The position numbers and the translations under genes were made by a program. From NCBI RefSeq assembly GCF_000315625.1, contig NW_005434641.1, forward strand, positions 325,113 through 389,112: a stretch of DNA of 64,000 nt, read 5' to 3'. The notes under the pieces were generated by a model. It worked only from the letters and a program-made list of their open reading frames with translations. It had not been told where the DNA came from and did no database searches. The DNA is from Guillardia theta CCMP2712. Taxonomy: Eukaryota; Protista; Cryptophyta. Below are positions 46,614 to 59,640 of this stretch, piece after piece (position 1 is the stretch's first letter; each line of letters begins with the position of its first letter).

Positions 46614-48176
46614 ATGCGGTCCAAGTCGATCGCTTCCATGCTTCCTCGCCTTGCCACGGCTATTCTTGTTGTCTTGACTTTTTCTGCACCCACAACTGTC
46701 ATGTCCTTCCAGGTTGTTGCGCTCTCGAGCATGGGGACGCTCAGAAGTGGGTCTGGGACGAGGGGAGCTCGCTCTGGTTGTGGGTTCAGACTCAACAAGA
46801 TTCTCGGAGGCTTCGCTTCCTCCCGGTTCTCATGCTCTTCCGAGCAGGAACAAGACATGTGCTCTTGGAAGGCTCTAGGAGGCAGAATGACTCTGCAAGC
46901 TCTGCCGGACCCGTCGGACAAGATTTCTAAGGAGCAATTGAAGGAGGGGGTGGTTGGAGGAGAGGACAAGGTCGGGATCGAGCAGCAGGTAGTGGAGGAG
47001 AGTCTCATGGGGGATCATGTCGTCTCCGAGTTGTGGGGGGAGTGGACGGAGAAGCAAGTGAAGGCTGCGACGCTGCTATGGGTGGAGCAGTTCGTGATCG
47101 GTCTAAAGCTCTGTCCTTTTGCTGCCGAGGCCGTGAAGGGTCTGCGGGTATCCGTCTCGTCTGCGCTCGACCGCGACATGGCGCTGGACAAGTTCGACCT
47201 CGAGCTTCGCTGGATCGTCGGGCTGGACAAGTCAAGTCCAGCCTGCACTCTGATCGTTTATCCTCCAAACCTCTTCGAACACAACGGCAAGACGTCTCCT
47301 CTGTGCTCGGGGGAGAGCAGCGATGCCAGCAGACGGACGCCGGAGATGTGCCAAGGCTTCGAGGGCTTCATGTCACTGGCTACAGATGCGCGCGAGATGG
47401 CACAACAGTTCAATGCGGTAGGGGAGCAGGAGGAGGTTGTAGCAAGCGGCTGACACGATCGCAGGCACATGGCCAAGACATAGAGACCGAGACTCTGTGA
47501 GTGAATGCTTGCTCAGGCCCTTCCCTCCTCCTCTTCCTTGATCTCTCTCCTGCTCATCCTCCTTTCGCCTCATTCTTGCTCCAGGTTGCTCACGTTTCAC
47601 CCCAACTCGACTTTCAGTGACTCGCCCTCGGATCCTGCTGACTTCGCGCTGCGCTCGCCGTTTCCCACGGTGCTGATTCTGAGAGGAACGGATGTCAGGA
47701 ACGCAGAGGAGATCTGCGAGCAGCAGGGGCGGGTGACGGAGGACATCGCGATCGCGAACGAGGCGAGGCTGCGGCAGGTGGGGTACGAGGAGCTCTCAAG
47801 GATCTTCACTGGCCTCTTCTCCTCGTCTCGCACCTCCGAAGCCCAGCAGATCCTGAGGCAGGCGCAGGAGGAGCGCGAGGCCGTGCTGGCGTCCTCCACG
47901 TACCCGCTCTCAGACCCGATGGCTGACGGCATCGACGGCATCGACGGGCAGGACTTGAGCCACGACCCCGTCGAGCTCATCCACGAGTGGGGAGGAGACG
48001 CGAGCGAGGATACGGCATGGGTGGAGTACCCGGCAAGGGCGTCTGTGAAGCCGCCGCCGCTGAGGGAGGAGGAAGAGGAGGGAGGGGAAGAGCTCAACGC
48101 ACAAGACCTGCAGAAGGTTTACGATCCTTTCGGCTATGGATGTGAGGAGGAGAATGGCGAGTCGAAAACAACTTAG
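46614..48176 (+). CDS. DUF1415-family protein with probable bipartite plastid-targeting presequence
   Basis: WVEQFVIGLKLCPFA and TFHP...DPADFALRSPFPTVLILR are DUF1415 signatures; N-terminal signal peptide ending ..VMS-FQ, followed by an S/R-rich transit-like region. Confidence 0.8.
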
Positions 48177-49165
48177 AAGAGCCAGGAGACGAAGAGCTCT
48201 TGGGGTTAGAGAGGAGCGGGATTGCTTTGTGTCTTTATTCTTTTTTTTTCCGAGGCAGGATGGTCTAGGTGTGTTGACCCGTTTTTCCCTTTGCATTCAC
48301 CAAAAAAACATGACGACAGTGATCTTGTTCGCGTGCCTGCTCCTTCTCTCTTTCTCTCCCTCCTCCCTTCTTGTTCGCGTGCCTGCTCCTTGTCTCTTTC
48401 TCTCCCTCCTCCCTTCTCTTGCCCGACTGCCTTCATCTTCCTCGTTAGTTCCNNNNNNNNNNNNNNNNNNNNNNNNNNNNNNNNNNNNNNNNNNNNNNNN
48501 NNNNNNNNNNNNNNNNNNNNNNNNNNNNNNNNNNNNNNNNNNNNNNNNNNNNNNNNNNNNNNNNNNNNNNNNNNNNNNNNNNNNNNNNNNNNNNNNNNNN
48601 NNNNNCCTCCCTCCCCTCCCTCCCTCCCTCCCTCCCTCCCTCCCTCCCTCCCTCCCTCCTCCCTCCCTCCCTCCCTCCCTCCCTCCTCCTCCCCTCCCTC
48701 CCTCCCCTCTCCTCCCCTCCCTCCCTCCCTCCCCCAAATTGAAGTGGGCCCGCCTCTCTCAGCGACTTTCCTTTGTCGGGGCGTTGATCGACCCTCCATT
48801 CGCTCCCCCTCCCCTCCCCCTCCCCCTTCCCCTCCCCCTCCCCCTCCCCCCATTTCTTTCCTCCCTCCACCAGGACCCCACTTACTTTCTGCCTTCCCCT
48901 GCCTTCCTCCTCGTCTCTCCCTGTCTTCCCTCTCTTCTCTCCCTCCTTACCTCCTCTTGTCTCCCTCCTTTCCTCCCCTTCCTCGCTCTCTCGACCCCAG
49001 TCTCTTCCTCTGCTTCCCTGGTTGACGGTCGAGGAGGGGTCGAGGAGGGGTCGAGGAGGGGTCATCATCTCCCGCACCTCACGGCATGCGGCCTACCCTC
49101 CTCCTTCTCTTCCTCCTCTTTGCTCAGCCAGCGCTCAAGCTGATTTCCTGCGACCTGCCAGCGCA

Positions 49166-49744
49166 GGTTTGCTGAGCCAGGAGTCGCCTACGGCATGAGC
49201 TGAACTTGCGAGCAGACGACTGGGGGGCTAAGCGGCGCGGGCTCGTCTCCTCCTCGCGTGCTCTACTTATGGGGTCGAATCCTCCGCTTCGAAGACGAGG
49301 AGGCGACGAGGGAGCTGCTGCCCCTCCTCGCCTGCCGCCCCTCCTCCTCATCTCCTCCTTCCTCCACCAGCCCCCTGCTCCGCGACCTGCCGAGCGCGAG
49401 ACGACACGTGGCCGCTCAGTCCGTCGCCGTCTTGCACGGAAGCTCCTTCCCTCACGAGGACGTGCGGCAAGTCGGAGAGCTGCTGGTTGTGTTGCCACGT
49501 CTCCTCGCCATCTGACGGGGGAGCAGAGACAGGGAGAGTGGGGAAGCGACGCAGAGAAGATGGTCGCGTCCTGGTCTGTTCCTCCTCCTCCTCCGCTGCT
49601 GCCTTTTGACGAGATCCTCTCAGCTTGAACTTGTTCGCCATCGCCATCGAGCGAGGGAGAGTCTCCGTGCAAAACGCGTTCGAGGTACAAGCAGGAGCAG
49701 GAGCAGGAGCACGGGCACAGGCACGGGCACGGGCACGAGCAGGG

Positions 49745-49791
<47 letters not shown>

Positions 49792-52326
49792 AGCACAACC
49801 CATTCTGACCTTCACTTTCAGTGGCTGCATGACATTTCTAAAGCTCGCTCACTCTCGTTGCACACAGAAATAATTGGCGGTCTGTCGCCAACCTTTTCTC
49901 CTATCCTCACCCCTATCCTCCCCTCTCCTCTCCTCTCCTCTCCTCTCCTCTCCTCTCCTTTCCTCTCCTCTCCTTCGCTCCCCACCTCTTCTTCTCTCCC
50001 CTTGCAGCGTTATGAAGCCACTCACTCTCATCAGGACTCATCAAAGTCATGGGAGCTGCTGTGGCAGGAGGGTGGCAGACGTTCCGCGAGGTGAGAGAGG
50101 AGGAGGAGGAGGAGGAGGAGGAGGAGGAGGAGGAGGAGGGTCTGACGTCTGCAGCTTGAGGCGTTGTGCTCCATCCTCTCCCAAGCTCCTGCAGACGACG
50201 AGCAGCTGGAAATCAGTACGAGAGAATCTTCACTTCACTTCCGCTGGTGCTCGCAGGAGGAGGAGAAGGAGCAGCAGGAGCAGGAGAAGGTTGTCCTCCT
50301 ACGGGCGGGTGATGCCCAGCAAGCACGGGACAGGTGGCAGAGGAAGGAACTCTTCGTTGCGAGGATGGAGGCAGTGAGAGGATGCGTGGAGAGAGGATGG
50401 AAGACCGTCAGGTGATTTGCGTCTCTTCTCCTCGCCTCCTCTCACCTCTCAGGTCTTGTTGGCGCGAGTTCGATGAGCTGAGGGCGCGAGGACTTGAGCC
50501 GAACCCCGACGTTTTCCTCGCCCTCCTTGCGACTTCTTCCTCTGCCTCCCTCGCGCTCTCTCCCGCTGCTGTCAGGCGTCTTCCCCCTCTCAGCCCAGGA
50601 GCGTCAGGCCCCCTCGACCTCTGGAGGAGCATGGTCGTCGACTGCGGACAAGCAGCGAGTGTCTGCATCTCCTCCCTGCTGGACGCGAGCGCTGCCAGCC
50701 TTGTCTTCGGGGCCATGGAGCTCGTCGAGCTGGAGAAGCTTGTGAAGCGAATGAGCGAGGAGGCGGCGGCGCTGGAAGAGAGAGGGAGGGGCAAGGGGGA
50801 GGGAAACGCAACCTCCTCCTTCTCGCGAAGGAGATTCATCGCTGAGTTCAACCAGCTCTCTGCTCCTCCCCGCGTCCGCATGATTCGACATGCTATCATG
50901 GTCGGTAAGCTTGCTCCCAGCATGCGAGACGTCTGGCCGATCTTCGACCTCTCGTTCCCTCCCTCCGCTCCTCCCCTTCACGACCTCGTCGCTCAAACCC
51001 TCTGCGAAGCCATGCGAACGCTGCGAGAATGCGTCAGGTGCTTGAAATGAGAGAGTGAGACAGGGACCAGGCAGGGAGACAGGAAAGGGAGGGAGCGAGC
51101 GAGCGAGGGAGCGAGGGAGCGAGGGAGGGAGCGAGGGAGCGAGGGAGCGAGGGAGGGAGCGGAGGGAGGCGGAGGGAGGCGGAGGGAGGGAGGCGGAGGG
51201 AGGGAGCGAGGGAGCGAGGGAGCGAGGGAGCGAGGGAGCGAGGGAGGGAGGAGGGGGCATGGAACGGAACGTGTGACGAGACGCAGGAGGGGAGGAGGCT
51301 CTTCTGGTGACCTCGACAGACTTCTGAGTCTCTGGCACGAGCACGGGCTGACGGCGAGCGTTGAACTCTACAAGGAGGCGATGCAGGTGATGGAGGGATG
51401 GAGCGCGCGAGGAGGAGCGAGCAGGTGACGAGATGCTTGACGAGAGCTGGAGGTGACCAGGCAGCAGGGGAGAAGCAGACGCGCTGCTGGCGATCATGAA
51501 GGTGGCGGGAGTGAGAGCAGAGCAAGAGACGATGAGAAGCTACTTGAAGATAGTCGAGAATGAGCTGATGGCTTGGAGGACGAAGCAAGGAAACGAGGTG
51601 AGCGAGCGAGCAGAGGAAGGGGATAGCGAGTTGACTGCCAGAAGGGAGAAAAAGCTGAAGCAGAGATGAGAAGCGCTCTGGCGCATCTTGATTGTCTTCT
51701 TCATACCGTCATAGCTGATGATCGGTTGTTGCGTCTGCTGATCGCATTCCTCAAGGTGTCACAAACCCACTCCTCCTCTCACCCGCTTCTTCCTTTCCCC
51801 CTCCTCTCCTCTCTGTTACCTTCCTCTCTCCTCTCTCTTCTCTTCGATGCCTTCTGAATTTTTCCTCACTGTACTCTCCTCCTGCTACAGAGGAACTGGG
51901 AAGCCCTGCAGCAGCTCGACCCGACTCTCTCCCTCTCGCTCCTCCAACTTGCCCGTGACAGGTTGCTCCCTCCCATTCCTCTTCCTCTCCTCTCTCCCTC
52001 CTCCTCCTCTCCTCACCCTTGCTCAGCTCCAAGCTCATGGCTGATCCTCTTCTACGGACGCAAGCACGTTCCTTGCTCCTCCCTGCCTCTGCTTCCCCTC
52101 CCCAGCTGCGCTCATCGCCTGTCGCAAGTGCAAAGGAGGCCTGGAAGAGCGCGGGGAAGACAAGAGGGCAGCCAGAGGAAGTGCGTGAGGGGAGAACAAG
52201 AGGTGACGACGGGCCTTCGCTGCAACGCATGTCGTGGATGCTGCCGGAAGAGGAGAGGGGACGGGAGGGGGATCAAGAGCAAGAGGGAGCAGACAATGAA
52301 TTCAAGGCGAAACTCGAGAAACTGTG
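49166..52326 (+). CDS. Multi-exon alpha-helical protein with PPR-like repeats
   Basis: WREFDELRARGLEPNPDVFLALL, ALELYKEAMQ and EADALLAIMKVAGVRAEQETMRSYL resemble degenerate PPR units; both boundaries uncertain (gaps on either side). Confidence 0.45.
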
Positions 52327-52546
52327 AGGCTACTTGGACCCCTGCAGCCATAACTCCTCTCCTCCTCTCCTCGCCTCTCCTCTCCTCTCCTCTCCTCTCC
52401 TCGCCTCTCCTCTCCTCTCCTCTCCTCTCCTCTCCTCTCCTCTCCTNNNNNNNNNNNNNNNNNNNNNNNNNNNNNNNNNNNNNNNNNNNNNNNNNNNNNN
52501 NNNNNNNNNNNNNNNNNNNNNNNNNNNNNNNNNNNNNNNNNNNNNN

Positions 52547-53300
52547 TCTTCTGAACCCTCCCGTCCTGCTCCCATCTTCTGAACCCTCCCGTCCTGCTCC
52601 CATCTTCTGAACCCTCCCGTCCTGCTCCCATCTTCTGAACCCTCCCGTCCTGCTCCCATCTTCTGAACCCTCCCGTCCTGCTCCCATCTTCTGAACCCTC
52701 CCGTCCTGCTCCCATCTTCTGAACCCTCCCGTCCTGCTCCCATCTTCTGAACCCTCCCACCCCTTAACCTTCTTCTGAACCCTCCCGTCCTGCTCCCATC
52801 TTCTGAACCCTCCCGTCCTGCTCCCATCTTCTGAACCCTCCCGTCCTGCTCCCATCTTCTGAACCCTCCCGTCCTGCTCCCATCTTCTGAACCCTCCCGT
52901 CCTGCTCCCATCTTCTGAACCCTCCCGTCCTGCTCCCATCTTCTGAACCCTCCCGTCCTGCTCCCATCTTCTGAACCCTCCCGTCCTGCTCCCATCTTCT
53001 GAACCCTCCCGTCCTGCTCCCATCTTCTGAACCCTCCCGTCCTGCTCCCATCTTCTGAACCCTCCCGTCCTGCTCCCATCTTCTGAACCCTCCCGTCCTG
53101 CTCCCATCTTCTGAACCCTCCCGTCCTGCTCCCATCTTCTGAACCCTCCCACCCCTTAACCATCTTCTGAACCCTCCCACCCCTTAACCATCTTCTGAAC
53201 CCTCCCGTCCTGCTCCCATCTTCTGAACCCTCCCACCCCTTAACCATCTTCTGAACCCTCCCACCCCTTAACCATCTTCTGAACCCTCCCACCCCTTAAC
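52547..53300. repeat. 28-bp minisatellite with two unit variants (TTCTGAACCCTCCC-GTCCTGCTCC/ACCCCTTAAC-CATC), about 27 copies
   Basis: Directly visible tandem array next to a gap. Confidence 0.97.
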
Positions 53301-53329
53301 CCCCCCCAGCCTTTCCTTGTCCTCCAGTC

Positions 53330-53540
53330 TTACCAGCCATCGTCCTCGCGACGCAGCTTACATCGCTCAACGAAGCTCACAAGCCTGTCGCCTTCCCCCA
53401 CCATGTCTGCCTGGAACTGAATGTACGCGTTCTGCTTGTCGGAGAATCTGAGATGGCGAGTGAGCAAGTAGAGAAGCGGCGGCAGCTGCTGCAGAAGCAG
53501 GAGCAGGAGCAGCAGCAGCAGGAGAAAAGGAGCAGCAGCA

Positions 53541-53582
<42 letters not shown>

Positions 53583-53599
53583 TAAGAGCAGCAGCAGCT

Positions 53600-53649
<50 letters not shown>

Positions 53650-53665
53650 AGAGCAGCAGCAGCAG

Positions 53666-53739
<74 letters not shown>

Positions 53740-54734
53740 AGGAAGCAGATGCGGATGAGGAGAAGGCTCACATGCATTCTTGTATCTCAATCCCAAGAGG
53801 GTCTCCCTTGGATGTTTCGAACTTGTAGCTGCAAGCGCGTCACAAGGCAAGTCAACTGAATCATGTTGTCTCACGAGTCCATGAAGTCCAGCAATTCTTT
53901 CATCCACTTCTTCTGCATGAGGCTTCAGCAACAGGAGCAGGCGGGGCGAGGGGAGCGAGGGAGAGAAGAGGAGGGAGGGGCGTGTCTGCCTGATTCACGG
54001 TCCATTCTTTGCTCTTGCGCGAGGTTGTGCGGATGATAAAGGAGGGAAGTCGGTAAGCGAAGGCGCTGTATCGAGCTCGAATGAGGTCCACCTGACCACC
54101 AGCAGTCACTGGCCGTCATTCGCTCGCGCACTGCTACAGGATCTTCCGGAGCTCCGGCACAGTTGTGATGGTCGCGACAGCAACGGTAGTAGGTTCTTCC
54201 CGATCCTGAGGGGATGGAGATGGAGCGTCAGGCATGGGGATGAGGCAAAAGCAGCAAGTGAGAAGCCTTGAGAAAGCAAGAGGAGCGGAGGAGAAAGAGA
54301 TAAGCAGAGAAGAGGCAGGAGAGGAGAGTAGTGGAGGAGAGGCAGAGAGGAAAGTCACCGCAAGCACACATGGTCTTGTCTGCTTTTTCCGGGAGTCTCT
54401 TGTCTACCTTGACGTCCATCTCCTCGTCCATCTTGATCCGCAGGAAGAACCCGGTCTCCATCATGTCTCTCAGCCACGAGGCCCTCGCCACCCTCACCCC
54501 TCCTGCTTCAGGTCTCCTGCCACGACGACTCACCGCTGACTTCCGTTGCTCTCCCCTTGCCAGACTGCATGGCGGCAGAAACGCTGAGGAGAAAGCGGAT
54601 ACAGGGGAGGAGCGGCATTGCAGGAAACAAGCCCTCGAAATTCCGAGAAGGGATCGCAAGCAGTCTTGCTGGTCCAGGGGTGACGAAGTGGAGAGATAAC
54701 AGTATGCGCTGGCACTAGCAGACGGCGTGAGGGA

Positions 54735-54767
<33 letters not shown>

Positions 54768-54845
54768 GGAGGATGGAAACGTGGGCGAAAGGTTCGCAGA
54801 CGCCATCGCTATTGTCGCTATCATTATCGCAAGCTTACTCCGCAT
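53330..54845 (-). CDS. Hypothetical protein with N-terminal signal peptide and Ser/Arg-rich transit-like region
   Basis: MRSKLAIMIATIAMASA...; exon-like segments WLRDMMETGFFLRIKMDEE, ATITTVPELRKIL, IQFQADMVGEGDRLVSFVERC. Model is approximate. Confidence 0.45.
53490..53736. repeat. Interrupted (CAG/CTG)n microsatellite, probably intronic
   Basis: Long CAG tracts directly visible. Confidence 0.9.
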
Positions 54846-55427
54846 TGCGATCCATCTACCCCCCACCTCCCCACGATCACAGCCTTGTACCCACCTACCC
54901 CCCACTCATGTACCTACCCATCAACCCATCAATCTGCTTCTGATCCACCCCTCTTTGTCCAGGTTAAAAGGACCCCACCCTATGGTACATGTTCGATTCA
55001 TTAACCCCCCTTCATTAACTCGTCACGCCGTTAAGTTGCAATCGTTGCGGTACAACGGTTGGAATGGTAGACGAAAGTTGGGCGCACTATGTTGGTAAGA
55101 GAGGAGGAGAGGAGAGACGAGGAGAGACGAAGAGAGGAGAGACGAAGAGAGGAGAGACGAAGAGAGACGAAGAGAGGAGAGACGAAGAGAGGAGAGACGA
55201 AGAGAGACGAGGAGGGGAGAGACGAAGAGAGGAGAGACGAGGAGAGACGAGGAGGGAGACGAGGAGGGGAGAGGAGGAGAGGAGGGGGGAGAGGAGGGGA
55301 GGAGAGGGGGGCGGAGGGGAGTTGAGTTGAGTTGAGTTGAGGAGGGGTGGGGAGAGGTGGGCAGGAAAGAGAATACTGAGGGACAGAAACTGAGGAAGAG
55401 GGGCGAGGGCTTTGCTGGGGGTCTTGC

Positions 55428-57298
55428 ATGGATGTATCAGAGGTTGGTGGAGTAGGAGAGGGGGGCATAGGAGGGCAGCTGAGCTGGAGAGCAGGCGTCT
55501 CGGCTCTCATGCTCGTCACGTTCTTCTTGTCAAACTGTCTGGCCTGGTGGCTGGACATAAAGCGGAAGCAGCGTATCTCTGCGAAAGCGCAGGAGTTGAG
55601 CAAAGCAAGCAAGCTGAAGACGCCTGTCACGATCGTGACAGGATTTCTTGGGAGCGGAAAGACAACCCTGGTCAACAGCGTTCTTTCTTCTGAGACGCAC
55701 GGCAAGCGCATTGTGGTGATCGAGAACGAAGCAGGTTCGATCAGCATAGACGACAAGGTCTTGCGTGCAGGAGAGCAAGAAAAAGCAGCTGTCGGAATCT
55801 TTGTTATGAAGAACGGCTGCATGTGCTGCACTGGCGATGGAGCTGGGCCTGAGCTGGAACGAGTTCTGAACCATCTGCTGAACATCTTGCAGGATGATGA
55901 GGTTAGAAGAGGAGAATTGAGTTTTGGTTGGTTTAGGGCTAGGTTTAGATCAGAGGCGGTTTAGGTGCTGGCGACTGACAGAGCTGCAGTACGACTACGT
56001 GCTCATCGAAACCTCCGGGCTGGCTGACCCGGCGCCCATCATGCAGACCTTCTTCAGCCTCAGCAACGCCAGCGGCAGGTTCTTCCTCGACGGCGTCGTC
56101 GCCATCATCGACTGCCACAACGTCTGGCAGCACCTGGACGGCCGCGGGTGGGGAGCGAAGACGCCGGAGGTGTATCGGCAGATAGCGCACGCGACGAGCA
56201 TCCTGATGAACAAGACGGACAGGAGGTGAGGAGAGGAGGGAGGAGCTCGAGGGTTGAACCCATGGATGAGGGCAGGAATGATCAGGAAGAAAACCTGAAA
56301 GAGCTGGAGGAGCTGCTGGGGGAGCTAAACCCTCATGCGAAAGTCCTGCGATGCCAGCACTGCGAGGTCTCTCTCGATCATATTCTCGACCAGGTGAGCC
56401 CCTGCTGGCCTCCTCCTTCTCGCCTCCTCCTCCTCACCCTTCTGCTCAGAGAGCATTTGACGCTGCTCGGGTGGCCGATATGATGGTGATTGAGCGACGA
56501 CTAGCCGGAGATGAGGTGTAGCAGAGGACACGAAAACAGAGCTCATGTCTCTCCTTGCAGCATCCGAGCGCCGTCATGGCTCGACACACGCCAGGCATCA
56601 GAGCGATAAGGTTTGCTACGTCCAGCCTCGTTCTTTCCTCGTCCTCGTCCTCGTCCTCTTCATCATCATCACCTGCATCATCATCATCATCCTCATCATC
56701 GTCTCCATCATTTCTTCGTGGCATGCTCACTCTTGTGCTAGCGTTCGGTCAGATCGCGATGATCTCATCGACCTCAAGCAGTTTCTCAGGTTCATCCTGC
56801 TGGTTTGCTGGCGTAAGTGACGAGCTGGTGGTCAGCTGGGCGTCTGCTCTGGTGGAGGAGAGGTGGAGGGACGTGTATCGCATGAAGGGCGTGCTGGCGG
56901 TCGAGGGCTCGCGGAGGCTCTTCGTGTTGCAAGGGGTGAGGGAGGAGAGCAGGCTGAGAGGAGAGCAGGCTGAGTGGAGAGCAGGTGTGTGGAGAGCTGA
57001 AGGGTCAAGAGGGAAGAGAATGGCGAGAAGAAGAAGAGAAAGTGTCAGAGCTCATCGTCATCGGCAAAAACCTAAACCATGACAGGTGATCCATATCAGC
57101 ACCTGCCCCTACTGCTACCACTCATAATCCTACTCCTACTCTTTTTTCTCTTCCTCATACTTCTCCTTTTGCTCCTTCGTTCTCCTTCACTCCATTTCAT
57201 CGATCTTATGCGTGTGCAGCATCGATAGAGGGTTCCGGCAATGCCTGCTGTCTTGGAGGAAGCAGTCAGAGGCAGAACAGTCTTTAATTCCGCCCTAA
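55428..57298 (+). CDS. CobW/COG0523 (ZNG1-like) G3E P-loop GTPase metallochaperone with N-terminal hydrophobic helix
   Basis: PVTIVTGFLGSGKTT, VIENEAG, NGCMCC (CxCC), IETSGLADP, NKTD, His-containing linker, and CobW_C motifs YRMKGVL..LFVLQGV..SELIVIGKNL. Confidence 0.93.
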
Positions 57299-57299
57299 A

Positions 57300-59640
57300 C
57301 TCAAGTCCAACTACCTCGCTTGTACCAATACCAACACCAGCAACTTCAACGTCTCTCATCTCGTTGTCATGTTGACTGCCCGGCTGTTTCATCATCAACT
57401 TGTTCTCTTCTTCTCTTTCGCTTCTTTGTAAATCTTTCTGGGTGAGTTGCTTTGTCGTATCATCTCCAAGTATCCTGATCCTTCCCGTCCTCGCCCCTCC
57501 CTCCTGCTCCCCTTCTCCTCTCCGTTGCCGCTCATCTCGTTCCTTGGCGTCCCCATCCACCTCGTGTCAGCTTGTCGAGGGTCGTAAGTTTTACGTCGCT
57601 CCATCACCTCCTCCATCCCGAGTCTCTGCCGGAACAAGAACCCAGCGTTGGGCTTCGAGAAGATCAGGCGGGGGGGGAGGAGGACGAGGAGGAGCGACCT
57701 CGCTGATCGCTGTCTCCTTCCTCTGCCTCCCTCCCCTCTAGCTTCCTTGGCGAGTCGCGCGGAGGAGGCGGGGGCTCCTTCTTCTCGCACTTGTAGGTGA
57801 CAAGGTGAGGCTTGATCATTAAGACCTTGCGGGGCTCGGGGGAACGACAGGGGCCAGACCTCAAGGGAGAGAGGAGGCGAGTAGGACTTGCGATAGAGAC
57901 TTCGCTTCTTTCACAAGCCTTCTCCTCTTCCTTCCCAGCTCCTTCCCCACTTATCTCTCCAGCTCCTTCCCCACTTATCTCTCCATCTTCCTCGATCCTC
58001 TCCTCTTGACTCTCAGCTTCCTCCTTCCCTCCATCTTCGTCTTTCCGCATCTCTTCTCTTCTACTTGCTCCTTCCATCCAGCTCTCTGTCCCTCCTTTCC
58101 AACCTCCTCCACCTTGCAAGCTTTGATCGCTCTCCTTCCTGTCGCCTTCTTCTCTATGCTGGTGCTCGATAGCAGGCCTCTGTTCCTTTCGCTTGCTTCT
58201 GCAGTTTCTGGTCTCCAGCACTTGACTGGACGAGCATCTGAAGCTGAACGCGTGTGCTCGGGTCAAGTGAGACCGATCTTTCTCTCCCGCCTCCTCCATT
58301 TCCGCTTGTCTTGCTCCTGTGATCGATGTACAAGTCCTGGCGAACGGAGACGGCGAAGGCGCGGATGCTGTCCTCGTCGTTGCCATCGGACGCCCAGGGG
58401 TCGAGATATTCTGCTGGCCTCTGACTCTCTCGCTCCCTTCGTCCTCCATGCACAGTAGCAGGTCGATGGGAGGGAGCGGACGGAGCCCTGAGGTTCCACA
58501 CTCACCAGCGCACGCGATTGCATCCCTCACCTCTCCTCCACTCGCGTCGCGCGGCTTGAGAGCGGGCGAGGCGTCAGCGCCATGCGAGTCGCTGCTGCTA
58601 GCGTCTGCGAACAGACTGAGAGGAAGAGACAAGCGCTCGAGCTCACGTTGGAGATTCTGAGCTGATCGTCCGTTGCAAGTCGCCGGTGAAACTTCTTCTT
58701 CAAGTCTGTGACTGAGGCAACAAAGGAGGAGGAGCTGTGGAGCTTGCACCACAAGAACTGGTGCTTGAGCTTGGGGATAGATCGCTGCCTGCTGCGCCAG
58801 CCGTTGTGAGCCTCGCGTTCCAACCTACTTGGACGTCAGAGCATCAGGTGCAAGGAAGTGACTCTCACTCCTCCTCCCCATCCTCATGCTTCTCCTTCTC
58901 CTGCACGAGTTGAAAGTCGATCACGCGAGGCTTGGCGACCGCTATCACTTCTCGTGCTCCTCGAGGCGGCAGGCGAGCAGTCGACGGGCGATGGGCTTCG
59001 TCTTGGTCGAGTGACAGGTTGAGGGAGGAGAAGCTTCTGCGGGCAAACTCGTCAGGACCCGCTCGTCTGCCTGTCTAGCCGTCAGATCCCCTCATCGGTT
59101 GTCCCCGTGAGCTCACAGGGGTTTCCAGTCTTAGGGCGGATGACGGGAGCAGGCGAGGGAGGGGGGGAGGGGCTGACGTGCCACTTGGACATGTTGTCAG
59201 CACGAGGGTTGAGCGGGAGATGCTGAGCCGAGAGACTGAGAGAGTCGCGAGGAGCCTCGCGCCGAGCCGACAGGCTGAGAGCCCTGCCGTGTTCCTCCCT
59301 CTTCTGCCTGACCAGCGAGATGGAGGCAACACGCCGAGTGCTTGCATCTGCTTGTAGGTTGTCGGGGATGAAGAGAACTTGAGAGATCGGGAGGGTCAGC
59401 CTTGACTGCAGGAAGTTATCAGCTCTCAGCAGGTGAAAATCGCTCGTTGCCTTCATCGTCCCTTGTCGAACGTCACCCTCCACAAGCGACGCGTCTCATG
59501 TCACTCCTGTAGACGAAGAGCACGAGGGCGAGTACCAGAACGATGACAGGACGAACTTCCGCCAAACTGCGGCAGAGCCCGAGGTGAACTGAGAAATAAC
59601 CATAAGAACAGAGACGGAACAAAATTGCCACCTTCACCAA
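57300..59640 (-). CDS. Hypothetical low-complexity multi-exon protein
   Basis: Chain of long minus-strand ORFs (59082-59483, 57664-58752, 57096-57560) with GT-AG junctions; no recognisable domain; 5' end probably beyond the gap. Confidence 0.35.

Noticed and set aside
52764-53292. Additional LRGG motifs in minus-strand ORFs
   Set aside because: They arise from the 28-bp repeat translation and have no signal peptide; not counted as support for the LRLRGG finding.
52547-53300. CRISPR-like array (28-bp periodicity)
   Set aside because: No unique spacers, only two alternating unit types; eukaryotic context with no cas genes.
53453-53758. Poly-Gln protein on the + strand
   Set aside because: CAG microsatellite that fits an intron of the minus-strand gene; no supporting coding context.
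55925-55965. Telomere-like TTTAGG words in the CobW intron
   Set aside because: Only a few degenerate units; not an array.
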